The position numbers and the translations under genes are program-made. Shown piece after piece: positions 39,715 through 52,286 of a stretch of 64,000 bases of DNA. Each line of letters opens with the position of its first letter. Position 1 is the stretch's first letter. The stretch lies in the NCBI GenBank assembly GCA_951406725.2, contig OX597814.1:20026001-20090000 (forward strand), read 5' to 3'. Source of the stretch: Octopus vulgaris (lineage: Eukaryota). The notes beneath the pieces were generated by a model. It saw nothing but the letters and a program-made list of their open reading frames with translations, did no database searches and was not told where the DNA came from.

Positions 39715-42689
39715 AAAAGAAGTTCTACTATTCTGACAGAAATAATAATAACAACAAGGTTTCGAGGGATCTAGTTAAATCAATTCACAGAATGTGCATT
39801 TTTTAAAAGGAAATAAAAAATCTGTTATATTGATGTAGTTTTCCACTCTTATTGCTGTGAAGCCATGATGTTGTGGAGAAAAAATTTGAGGGAAAAGTTT
39901 CAGAGGTTTAAAAATCGAAAAAACTGTGTATTTTTAGCCAATAGTGAGACAGAAATTTTCTGCATTGTAGCGGTGTCAACTTTAAGGTTGGGAAATTTAT
40001 AGTTTAGTATCTGTGAAATGACCGAGCTAATCTAGTTTCACACCAAATATGTAACCAGTAATGGGGGATGAAGAAACCTGTGACCAACAGCGACCCACAG
40101 CTCCCTGTCAGCAGAATTATTCGTGTGATATTTAGTTTAAATTTGTTGTGATTTTCCATAATTTATTCAGCAAATTGCGTATTTTTCTTAATAGTTGAGA
40201 AGCATTCAGTTGAAACTCTGGCTATGTCCATCATGTATCATGCTGATTCTGTCCCAGAATTACATTAAGGCCACATCTATGGAATACTCATCCAAATCAC
40301 ACTATAATTAGATCCTGGACTTGTAATTAAAAGGCCTAACCATGTCACACTGGGTTGTACTGATTCTACTTATGGATTACTTTGTGGGTACATGTGTGTT
40401 GTGGTATACTCAGCTAGTTATATGTTAATATAATGTGTAACTATAAGACTACAAGCTGACAGAATCAATACCACACTGGGCAAAATGCTTTACATTCTGA
40501 GTTCAAATTCCACCTAGGTTCATTTTGCCTTGCATCCTTTGAGGGTTGATAAAATAAGTATCAGTTGAATGCGCAACCAGTTGAGTTGATCATACAACTG
40601 GAATGGTCATCAAAAGCAGATGAAGATCCATTTCCTTTAATTTTTGTTTACTTATACGCATCAGCAAAAGAGCCAATGAGGTAATCTGTGTGGTTGTTCA
40701 ATTTGCTACAAATAACAACCAAATCTCCCTCACACTGTGCTCTAACATTTAAAAAATGAAAGACACATTAAATTATGTTGTCCTACATCTTCAATAAAAA
40801 TACAGAATGGCTCATTCTGGCCTCACCTGTTGTTTAAACTGAGTGGTACAATTAAATGGCTTGAATGTGGATGCAGCTATTTGAATCAACAGTAAAAACA
40901 GAAAAACTTCATGAAATATATGTAAAATATCTACAATAAAATTCTAATTGATAACTATTTACTACTACTATTTTACTTGTTTCAGTCATTTGACTGTGGC
41001 CATGCTGGAGCACCGCCTTTGGTCGAGCGTATCGACCCCAGGACTTATTCTATCGGTCGCTTTTGCTGAACCGCTAAGTTATGGTGACGTAAGCACAGCG
41101 GCATCGGTTGCCAAGCGATGTTGGGGAGGACAAACACAGATACACAAACATACACACACACATACATATATACGACTGGCTTCTTTCAGTTTCCGTCTAC
41201 CAAATCCACTCACAAGGCTTTGGTCGACCCGAGGCTATAGTAGAAGATACTTGCCCGAGGTGCCACGCAGTGGGACTGAACCCAAGCTACTTACCACACA
41301 GCCACTGATAAGTATAAATTTTTATGGAAACAAAATGCAGGTGAAGAGAATCTCATGGTGTGAAGAATCAAAGCAACATTTGGGTGAAGCGAAACACCAC
41401 ACAACATGCGATTGTCATAGTAACAACCTGTTAATGCCTCGCTGTCTGTTGACCGGCTAAAGTTACCCACATTTTGCAACTTTAATTCCAAATAGCATCA
41501 GATTCTTTAATTTACAAGATAAAGTAATTGGTTGATCGTAATCAAAATTCACAGTTGCATCAAAACATCGAAATTGAAAGCAAACTGTGCAAAATTCAAG
41601 GGGGCTGATTGTGTGAATCAATTTAACTAGATCTGGTTTTGAGTCTAGCTGATATTAGCTGTAAAGCAGAATTTACAGGATTTCTTGTCTAACTGAAAAG
41701 ATAGCTACTTGACACATCGGTTAAAAAATACAGACAAGGTTTTCTCATCTGGTCTCTGCAAGCTCCTACTCCGTCTCACCAAACGACAATTTAATAAATG
41801 TTCACAAGTGAAAGGGTAAAAAAAGAACTGAAGTATAGCAGTTGAATAATAAGGGAAAAAATAATGATTATATATAGAAGTATAAAGTAGAGTCAGCTAG
41901 TAAAATGCCTGAAAATAGTGGGATTGAATTCAGAATTGTCACTGAGTAAAGAGGGAAAATTCTGGTCATTAATGACAAGAATTATTTATAACACCATGAC
42001 ATAAATGGTTCAATTTGGAAGGTTTAAATATGGAGAGCTAGCTGAATCAGAAGAGGGGTTTGAACATGTATGTACACACATACACACACACACACACAAA
42101 CACACACACAAGCATATATATATATATATTTACTTGCTCAATGGTATAAATATATATATATATATACTAACAGCCAAGCCCGGTTTCATACAGACACGGA
42201 TATCGTAAGAAGTGGCTTGATGAGCTTTATAAGTGGTGACCACAAGCTAAAAACATCTCTGTTCATTATAAGTGGTGACCACAAGCTAAAAACATCACTG
42301 TTATAAAGTCATCAAAAATCGGATCCTTTTCTATAAAAATATACATATACTAAAAGATTTGAACCCAAAACTGTTCCAACTCCAAAACGCTGTGAAGGTG
42401 AAGAAACTACTGAGACTGAATAGAAAAAAGAACAACACACACCACAACAGAAATAGTAAAAAAAATTTATTTCTTTTTCTCTCCAACTTTTCCTCTTTCT
42501 TCTCTTTTTTTTAAAAAAAAAAACCTCTATGACTGAACTTTCTATAATGTACATTTGTTATGATCTTAACTAAACATTTACAGTGATATTACTATCTACC
42601 CTTGTGAAACTCATTGAAATTTTTGTGAACATTTGATGGTTTAAACCTGTTTGTCCAATTTTTACCTTATAACTTTAAACTGTCTTAAA

Positions 42690-42751
<62 letters not shown>

Positions 42752-43173
42752 TATCTATATTATAAGCATAACTACTCAATAGGGACAAGTCATTTACAAA
42801 TTATACTAATATACCAATGTTTTTTGAAAAACTGATTTGGGTATGATTAGTATATTTGTAGTATATTCCCTATTAAATAATTATCAATATATATATTAAT
42901 TTGTATATATATATATAACTATAATAAGATATATATCCTTAATTGTTAAACTATATATAAATATATATAAGTTCAGCAAAATTTAGATTCCGATGAATGT
43001 GGTACTGATGATATTTGGAATTAAAGTTGCAACATAAGATATTTCAGACTTTGCTCTCATAGATGTCTTCATTTATATTTATGTATACTACAATATTTTG
43101 AAATGTTTGCAAAAAGTTATTTTGTATATTTTATTTTCATAATCTATATTCTTCAGACACTACTATATATAAT

Positions 43174-44328
43174 ATGGACTCAGCAAAGGGACAAGACATC
43201 AATGACCTTGCTGCTTCAGTAGATTATTTTACAAACAATCTTTATCAAGCTGTGGCTGCAGGAACCAATGAAAATGTTTTCATGTCACCATTCAGTGTTG
43301 CTACTGTTTTATCAATGGTTTATTTTGGAGCAAGACAAAACTCTGCCACACAGTTGGAAAATGTTTTGAAGATAACTTCAACTCCAGATTCTGTAGCTTT
43401 GGCTTTCAAAGAATATTTTTCACTTTTGAAAAACTTGGATAAACTTATCACATTCAATTCAGTGAATTGTTTATATGCTAATGAAAAATACCACATTTCA
43501 GACAAATACAAGATCAATATTGTAAAATATTTCTTTTCAGATATTAAAAATGTAGATTTTATAAAAAATGCAGAAAAAACAAGAATTATTATTAATGATT
43601 GGGTTGAGAATAAAACAAATGATAAAATTACTGATTTGTTACCAAGTGGAAGTTTGACAAATCATACGGTACTACTTCTTATTAATGCTGTGTACTTTAA
43701 AGGAATATGGGCTGAAAAATTCCCAAAAAAAGCAACATACTCTAAACAGTTTTATTTAAGTCCATACAAGACTGTATCTCATGATTTTATGTGTATATCT
43801 GAATATTTTAATACAAAAGTAAGCAAGAACTATAAAGTTGTTGAGTTACCTTATATAGAAAAATCTTTTAGTATGTTTGTAATTCTTCCCAATGAAATCA
43901 ATGGTCTTGCTGTTTTAGAGAAGGAGATTAATGCTCAATTTCTCAAAAAAATTGTTAACAGAAAAAAGTTCAAAGAGAGGTATTTAGAATTAAATATGCC
44001 AAAATTTCGTTTACAATGTAGTTTTAATTTGGGTGATGTTTTGAAAAAGCTTGGACTCTCTGATATTTTTGATCCTCGAAAAGCTGATTTATCTGGAATG
44101 ACTGATAGTGAAAACAATATTTATGCCAGTGAAATGTTTCACAAAGCATTTGTTGATGTTGATGAAAAAGGAACAGAAGCCGCAGCTGCATTTGGAATGT
44201 CTATGATTGACGGCGTAAAAACTGTTGATATGCAATTTGATGTAAATCACCCATTCATATTTCTAATTGTTGACAACGAAACTGAAATGATTCATTTCAT
44301 TGGTAAAGTAACAAACCCTACAATATAA
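43174..44328 (+). CDS. Intracellular serpin (serpin B / leukocyte elastase inhibitor-like), 384 aa, uninterrupted CDS
   Basis: NVFMSPFSV, INDWVENKT, NAVYFKGIW, MPKF, hinge EKGTEAAAA, signature FDVNHPFIFLI..., FIGKVTNP. No signal peptide. A splice acceptor (ttcttcag, 43156) lies 17 nt before the ATG. Confidence 0.96.
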   Translation: MDSAKGQDINDLAASVDYFTNNLYQAVAAGTNENVFMSPFSVATVLSMVYFGARQNSATQLENVLKITSTPDSVALAFKEYFSLLKNLDKLITFNSVNCLYANEKYHISDKYKINIVKYFFSDIKNVDFIKNAEKTRIIINDWVENKTNDKITDLLPSGSLTNHTVLLLINAVYFKGIWAEKFPKKATYSKQFYLSPYKTVSHDFMCISEYFNTKVSKNYKVVELPYIEKSFSMFVILPNEINGLAVLEKEINAQFLKKIVNRKKFKERYLELNMPKFRLQCSFNLGDVLKKLGLSDIFDPRKADLSGMTDSENNIYASEMFHKAFVDVDEKGTEAAAAFGMSMIDGVKTVDMQFDVNHPFIFLIVDNETEMIHFIGKVTNPTI

Positions 44329-44408
44329 GATGATATTGCCCTGTCAAAGATTTTCCTCATATGGAATATTACATTGCATTATATAGATAATGTAAGTGAG
44401 CAAATTTA

Positions 44409-44800
44409 TCTCTCTATATATAAAGCTGAAGTTGTCTGTGTATGGCAGGTTTGGTAACCTTCAACTAATAATGTCTCCTCCGAGACCCTGCGGCGCAAGT
44501 TGACCAAAATTGAGAGCATGATAGAAGAAGGTTTGCTCTTCCTTCCGTGGAAGAAAAAATTAAAATCGGACCATGTTAACACCAAAGATTATTTACATCA
44601 ATAAGGTGCTTTTTTACTATGAAAATCCCTATTTTTTATGATTTTTTTACTGCTGTGTCGGCATTTTTCGGTGTATTTCAACCAGAAAAATGTTCACTTA
44701 AAGAGTATAACAAGCTATATAATGCAAAATTTTTACTTTTCAAAAATTCCAATTCTAAAGGGTCAAAACAAACCTGAGCAACGCCGGGCGATACTGCTAG
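44409..44800 (+). mobile_element. Non-autonomous Helitron (392 bp)
   Basis: 5' TC, 3' CTAG, subterminal imperfect hairpin cctgagcaacgccggg. Inserted between A and T with no TSD; the empty site is seen in the inverted copy at ~36380-36408. Confidence 0.92.
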
Positions 44801-47027
44801 TTTATAATATTTTTTAGTAGAGTAACTTAAGTCATTATAGTTGTTGTAATTGTGCAGGATTATGGTCATATCTATCCAATGAAAGATTATAAACCAGCAT
44901 TAATCTAAATCAATATTATCAACTTGTATTTGTCATACATTTACAAAAAAAAAAAATATTACACCCTTTCAAATATCTTTTCTTAGCAATTTTATTTTAA
45001 TAATATATTGTTGCCTGTAAACATTTACTGGTTCAATAAAGTGAAATCAATGCTTGCTTGTATGTTTCATTACAGTTTATATTAATAAAGTATTTCAGTA
45101 AATATTTAACCATTATGTGTGTTAATTACATGCGTCTTTTATCAGCTTTGCTTTAAATGTAGACATTGAAAATTCTTGAGCCCTGTTGTTAACCTCTGCT
45201 AACTTAATCTTGGATTTTGATTAAAGAATTACATTGATTCAATAACTGTGGTATTACAAGTCTTTTGAAAAGTTAACAAGCACTATACCATATACATATA
45301 CATAAATACATACAACATGTGCATGTGTGTAGTTATGCTACTAAATGTCTAAGTAATAATCTAATAAAATTGGCATTCTCAAGGAGTAAAGAGTTATTTA
45401 ATGTGTACTCTGAAAGTTCTGCCTATAAGGAGAACAAGAATCCATGAAGAAATCTTTATATACCTTTAAATTTTTGTTGTCTTACTGAAATTCTAGTGAT
45501 GGGGCTTTATTTAATATTTACAAACTAACATTTCCATATAAAAAGAAATTTGCAAAAATTAAGCAAGATATAAACAAACATATATATATATCAATCTATG
45601 TATTATATGTAATATAAATACATTGCAAAAGGCAAATTTCCTGCAGTGTTCAGCCAGAGATAATACCTCATCTGGATATGCTGTGTTTCAATATGCAATA
45701 TTTATCAGAGGCAGAAAAAAAAATCATCCTAACAGTGGTTGATGAGAATGCTAGATGCATTCATGTCTTGTTGGATACTATCAATAGCATGTAATCAGAG
45801 CCAACCTTATGAAATTTGTGGCTTTGAGTAGGTGCCATTGACAATGCTCAACAAGAGAGAAATGCATCTAGCATACTCACCAGCTGCTGCTAGAACAATT
45901 TTCATCTGTCTTTAATATATATTGTATTTTTAAATGCCGCTTGTCCATATAAAATATTATCTTTAGATAAATACTGCAGTAAATTTACTTTTTTTTATGT
46001 ATTTACATTAAATATGATACACACAGGTTCAACAATATCTTTCACCTTTACAAAGTCTATGAAACAGATTAGCAGTTAAGTACTGGTCTCATTATTGGAA
46101 TATTCATTCTTAGTGCCTGGTCATCTCAAAAAGATCAGGTTTCAGCTGAACAGGATCTCTTTAATTGTATGAGACAGCTACTCACTCAAAATTCCTTTCA
46201 CCAATTGAAATGACATTTGATAAAGTGTGTGGCTACATAATGGCATTATTTCCGAAGAGATTAAATACCAAATTGATATGTGTTGTAGTTTTCTTTTTAT
46301 AGCACCAGTCCTGATGTTTTTTTTATTGGACCTTGTAGATACAGTAACATAACATACATCTTAACAACTAAAATGAATTTATAGAAAATATGATTTGAGA
46401 ATATGTTTTCAACTTTACTCAAAAATGCTTTCTGTTGACAGGAAAGATTAAATGGCACAAATATTATTGTAGGGAAAAAAGAAAGGCTTTCGTTTCTACA
46501 TCAAGTAATGTGGAAATAGTTAATGGATGCCATATAAGTTAAAGCAGTCATAAATGACTGGTAGAAGTTGATCTAAGGAAAATTACGGCGGCAAAATGGA
46601 ATGGGATACTTTAGAGAGGAGAAGAGCAAATAAAAGATGTAAGCCGAGAGTCTGCGAAAGGAAATATGTATGTGTATGCATGATATATATACACACACAC
46701 ATACATACATGTGTGTGTGTGTAGATATCTGGAAATGGGTGAAGAAACATAAGAAGGTATCACCCAATATATTCAGTTCGAGTTATATTTCTTCAACAGA
46801 ACTCTTATTGTTGCCACAAAAGACACACCCTGTTAATGATTTTCAAACCATTGGCTACTGATATGCAACCCTAGGCAAATTCATGTATAACCGGACACCA
46901 CAATGCCAGTTAACTCCTGTAAGTAGGAATCGATTGGGACTTGGCTACTCTTTCTAGTGACTCAAGAATGATTTTCATTCTAAGTTTGTATGAACAACAA
47001 CATTAAATTGATCATCAATAGATATAT

Positions 47028-47540
47028 TCATCATCATCATCATTGTTCGACCGTGGTCGAGACAATGGAATTTACCATGCTACGCCAGACTTCACGGTCC
47101 ATCATGGCATTACGGAGGTCCTGTTGCTGGATGCCTGTATCCCTGGAGATTACATAAGGGTAGGAGAGTGTGCGCCCTCTGGTATTGCGAGTAGATGACT
47201 TCCAGAGGAGAAGAGTAGAAATTACTTCTTTTTCAGCTCTACAACAATGTCCAGCAAACTGGACTCTCCTACCTTTCACAAGAGGTGACACAGGTGGTAG
47301 TTTCCCATATATTTGCATTTTGGTTGGATGGCGCTTCCACGAGAGATTTTGAGCTCTCATAAGGAGGTGAGTGTAGGTTCCATCCAACTTGCCTCTCAAG
47401 CTTCTTTGATGACGTCCAGGTTTCTGAGCCATATAGTAGAATTGGTTCGAATGTGGCTTTGAAGATTTCAAGTTTGAAGTCTCTACTTAGATTTGATGAC
47501 CAGATCTTATGCATGTCATTACAGGCTGACCAGGCCATTA
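47028..47540 (-). mobile_element. RTE-like LINE 3' fragment with (ATG)n tail
   Basis: IFKATFEPILLYGSETWT, LDGTYTHLL, QFAGHCCR, AMMDREVWR. Confidence 0.85.
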
Positions 47541-48053
47541 CGTAGTCACATATACACTTAAACTAACGTATGATGTACTTTTAGCTGTTTTTTCACTTCA
47601 GAAGAAGTTAAAGGGGGAAAAAGAACTATAAAACAAGAAAAATGAAAATCTTGTCAAGGTAGCAACATGTGTATTTCTTTGTCATCTGAATTTTGATGTT
47701 ACTAACTTTGAACACTTCATCATCAAAGAAACCGCTTATTAATCACCATGTTATTCAAACAACCTCTTTGTTGCATTTGCATATAAGTGTCACTTTTTCT
47801 TGCTCATTGTCACCCTCTCACTCTCTCTCTCTCTCTCTCTCTCTCACACAGACACACTCTGCCTGTCTCTTTTGTGTCTTTTTTTCTATTTAACTTGCTG
47901 TCATTCTCTCTCTCTTTCTCTCTCTCCCTCTTCCTCTCTCTCTCTCTCTCTCTCTTGTTCGTTGCCTCTTCATCTGTATCTCTATCTCTCTTTCTCTTGA
48001 GTATGTTTTATCATACTCCTCATGGTAATGTCATCAATTTTTCTATTTAATGT

Positions 48054-48375
48054 TGTAGTGAACCCTGGTGGTCAAGACAGGAAGCAAAATGGAAAAGGGA
48101 TTTAACGAGCTTCTAGGAAGTTCTTGAACATTCTGGAAGCTTCCGGTTTATGTGGAAGTCGGAGACTTCCAGTTCATCCCTTATATAAACTGGAAGCTTC
48201 CAGAATGTTCAAGATTCCTTCTTTTATTATAAGGGATGAACCAGAAGTCCCCAACTTCCATGTAAACCGGAATCTTCCAGAATGTTCGAGAACTTTCTAG
48301 AAGCTCGAGGGAGATTACTCTTGTTAAATCCCTTTTCTGTTTTGCTTCCTGACTTGACTGCCAGTGTTCATTACA
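48054..48375. mobile_element. Fold-back MITE with TGT...ACA ends and 4-bp TSD (ATGT); Ginger-like
   Basis: Imperfect arms of >120 bp (aaaagggatttaac / gttaaatccctttt; ttcatcccttata / tataagggatgaa); ATGT at 48050-48053 and 48376-48379. Confidence 0.75.
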
Positions 48376-50059
48376 ATGTCTACATGAGGTTAGGATCAAA
48401 ACCACCACATGCAAATCTGTGATATAATTTCCCAATATACTTTAATTCTTCCTTGTTTTGTTGATCTAATATTGTAAATAACTTCAGCTACTGCAAGGTC
48501 ACGTGAATTATAATATTAAATTTTTCTTTCGTAAACTTTGGAGTCTTTAACAGTTTATACAACTCAATCTACTATTAAAATATCAGCACACTGGATTCAG
48601 GATGACAACATATAGATATAAACCTTATCCTATGCCGGGTATTTATCAAAATTTATACACATGATAAAATTAATGAATTAGATCTTTTCTGTTTGGCTCA
48701 CACTTTTTGAAATGTTTAAATGAAGAGAAAATCTTCAAATTTGGTATATTGATGTAATTTTTCAAGCTGAATCTTACGTCATTCACTTGTCCCACCAAAA
48801 AATTTAGAAAAATATTACAGTGGTTTAAAGTTTGATTGCTTTTACCTAATCAGAAAACAGGATCTGGATGCTGGCATTTTCTGCGTGATAGCTGTCTTTG
48901 ACGACATTAGACAAAACATTACAATCACAATGGAAGATTTAGTAAATTTGGATCTAGTTGGTTTGGCTACTAGCATCATTTTTTATTCGAATTGATTTCA
49001 TATTCAGTGTAATGATACACTTTTATATGCTAATAAATGATGTGTAAATCATTTTCACTATAAATCAATAAATAAAGAGTTAGTAGCAATTAAAGTTTGA
49101 AAATTTTGGGTAATTTTAGCTAATCATAAGCCACAGACATATTCATGCCTGTTTCCATAACAACAAGCCAAACATGAGAACTCTTTTGTTAGTAAGAAAG
49201 CACATGTGTTGACAAGTATATTCTACATGATGCCACATGCATTGATACTGTGTTCTGTTGCTTGTACTCATCTGTTGCTTGTACCCTGGTCATGTGAAGT
49301 GCTAAAAATAACAGCTAAATAGGCCTTAAATCACGCACCACCCCATTTTAAAAAGTCTTTTTTTTTTCTGTAATTGTATGAATTCCTGTATGTAGAGTAT
49401 GAATTTGCAAAAATTTTCTGATAATTCCAAATTTTAAAGAAGTTATAAAGAGTTATATGTTGTACATTAAGCAGAATTTGATTTGTTTAGTTTCATATAA
49501 AACACTTGCTATTTTCAGAATGTTGACAACACGTGCAGTTATGCACAAAATGATAGCTTCCAAATCCTGTTTCTTGAGTGGGTGAAAATAATCACACTTT
49601 AAACCTCTATAACTTTTTAAAAACATTTTTCTGGAAAAAGTGAAATAACTCCAGCAATTCAGCCTGGAAAAATGTATTCATGTGCTAAATTTTAAAATTT
49701 TCAATAAACTTTAATTTTTGAAATGCTGGCAGCCCAAACCTACAAGATCCATACATTTTAATGGATAAAGTCATGTGATGTGCTAGAACAAGCATGTAAA
49801 CAATATAAAAAGGAAAATCCTCAATGAAATTTTTCAAATATGAAAAATTAACAAAAAAACAAACAAAAACAAACAAAACAAAAACCTGAATGTTAAATCA
49901 CAAAAAAAAAAAAAACTGTAGTTCACTTCATGTAAACAATATATATATTTTGTAGCGAAAATTCAAAGACTATGATGCACTCTTGGAGTTTATTAAGCAA
50001 ATTACAATTTTTGAAGATACAAATCAAACCATAGAATGGATGTTACAGCATCATTTATT

Positions 50060-50410
50060 ACTTCATTTTACAGAGGCCCATGTGCTTTCCACTTGTGTGT
50101 GGGTACCATCTTTGGAGTTAATCAACTAAACGATGTGGTTCACTGTTCTATGTTGAAAATTATAACCATCAGTTTTCGGTATGTGAAAGTAGACCCTCCA
50201 CAAGTTACTGAAAAATGTTTCCTGGAAGAATGAACTGATGTATGCATTCTTCCTGAATGTCATGATTCTGATATGGCACTGCATAAAGAAAAGCATGTCT
50301 GGTCTTGCAACACACTCTTCCAAAAACATACTGCTCAAGTAGCACCCTTCTTCAATTGTATTTACATCTTGAGTAGACTGTTTCATCTACCTCAACAGTC
50401 CTCCCATAAT
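50060..50410 (-). mobile_element. Merlin / IS1016 (ISXO2-like) DDE transposase relic
   Basis: Manual translation: GRTVEVDETVYSRCKYN*RRVLLEQYVFG...VPYQN...ILPG / IFSNLWRVY...HRTVNH / DGTHTQVESTW, matching Merlin motifs VEIDE, KYNRGR, WVFG, SD.W..Y, H.TVNH, HT..IE..W. Confidence 0.8.
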
Positions 50411-51039
50411 AGGCTTTACTTTGGTTTGTTACTTTGGAAACAGGCACCAATATGTCTGTGACTTTTGATTGGCTAAATTTACCCAAACTTTGCAAACTTT
50501 AAAAGTTATTAACATTTTATTAATTAATTTATGGAAAAAATGAATTTCATTTCCATTATCAGCACACAAAACTATATCAATACACCAAATTTGATATCAA
50601 TTAGAACAAAATCGAAGGAATTGAAAAGTGTGAACCAAGCAGAAAAGATCCAATAAATTCTTCATGGCTCAAGATTGCTTTACTTGTGTCATCCTTAATT
50701 AGCTATTGCAAATCGTTGCTTTAAAACTATGTAAGTAAGCATATGCAGTTATAAAACATTTTCTCATTATGATACATTTAAGGTGCTGTTTTGCTTTAAG
50801 TTATATTACCATATCAGTGAGATATACATTTAAAATATATTTATTCCTTTATTCCTTCAGTTTTTTCATAATGTCAATTCAGAAAAGAATTGAAAATGTT
50901 AAAAAAAAATACAGAATGAAAGATCTGGTATAATCAAAATGAGTGGGAATGCAACATATGTTCTGAAACAGCAGTGTGTAGAATTTCCTCCATTAAATGG
51001 CATTACTTTCACCTTTTTATAATGGTAAACTGCAGACAA

Positions 51040-51255
51040 GATTAAGAAAGCAATTGTATAGTGGAAATAAAGTGGAAGCCTGAGGGGAAAAGAGCAGCAG
51101 GGTGCCCTAAAACTACATGGGAAAGGGTCATTGACAAGGAAAGGAGAAAAGAAGGGTGGAAACTGGAATGAGATCAAGACAGTGAAAGAAAACAGAGCTG
51201 GTTGGAGAGATCATATTGCAGCTTTATGTGTCCCATGGCATGAAAAGAACTAACC
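51040..51255 (+). mobile_element. Old RTE-like LINE 3' fragment
   Basis: Ends ...NRAGWRDHIAALCVPWHEKN*, typical of an RTE ORF C-terminus. Confidence 0.5.
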
Positions 51256-52103
51256 AAGCTGTATGCTAATCCACTTTTCCAATGTATATGTAATACTTTG
51301 CTAGTTTTCAACATTCAAAGGTGGTTTATTATTTTGAAATTATATAGAAAGTTAGTTGTTGTTTAGCTCCAGGTCAGCCATACAGTTGCTACAGGTATAT
51401 ATGTCAGTGGAATACTCACCACTTACAGTTAATTTAATGAGTAGGTAGATCAGTTGATTGAACAGTTGAGTGCTCATCATCAATACCAAACTTTAAACCA
51501 CTGTAATATTTTTCTAAATTTTTTGGTGGGACAAGTGAATGACGTAAGATTCAGCATGAAAAATTACATCAATATACCAAATTTGAAAATGTTCTCTATC
51601 GTTATAAGTCTGATGTTTTGCTTTGTGTAAGAACCATCCGAAAAATCTAGAGCTAAATTTTACTTGAGTAATCTGAAAAATTACTCAATTTTTTAAAAAT
51701 ACAGAATTGAAAGGAATTAATTCATTGGTAACATTTCAAAGTTAAAAAAATCAAGATGAAAGAGTCTTTTTCTTTCAGTATTTTCTCAACTTGGGCCATG
51801 ATACATTTCATTGAGCCACAGTGGAAATCAGGAGAGGAAAAGAGGCACAGGGTTGTAGAATTGGTTAGGTGGGAGCTGGTTTATTTAGTCTGGCTGCATG
51901 CTGTTCCCAATATTTGTATTTTATTAACATGTTTATTTACTGACTGACGCTATAATTGTTACTTTACAAAAAGCTACTGAATACCAGTAGCTAGTATGTA
52001 AGAGGAGAAAATGCTCTGTATTCATGCTTGGCAAGAGGTCAGAGTGGCATAGCTACCAAGAAAGCTTTATGAGTCTCCTGGCTCTGCTGCCTTGTATTTT
52101 CCA

Positions 52104-52251
52104 TGCATCGGGGATCTGGGAAGCCAGAAGGCTGCACCAGGCTCCAGTTGAAACATTGCCAGATAAGACTGGAGCCTGGTGCAGCCTTCTGGCTTCCCAG
52201 ATCCCGGTCGAACCGTCCAACCCATGCTAGCATGGAGAACGGACGTTAAAC

Positions 52252-52284
<33 letters not shown>
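52104..52284 (+). mobile_element. RTE 3' end with (ATG)n tail and a 5' inverted duplication
   Basis: Perfect 38-bp inverted repeat 52111-52148 / 52168-52205. Related copies at 52725-53030 (minus) and 53220-53418 (plus). Confidence 0.8.

Positions 52285-52286
<2 letters not shown>

Noticed and set aside
42229-42304. 39-bp tandem duplication (also a 32-bp one at ~62566-62632)
   Set aside because: Two-copy local slippage with no further structure.
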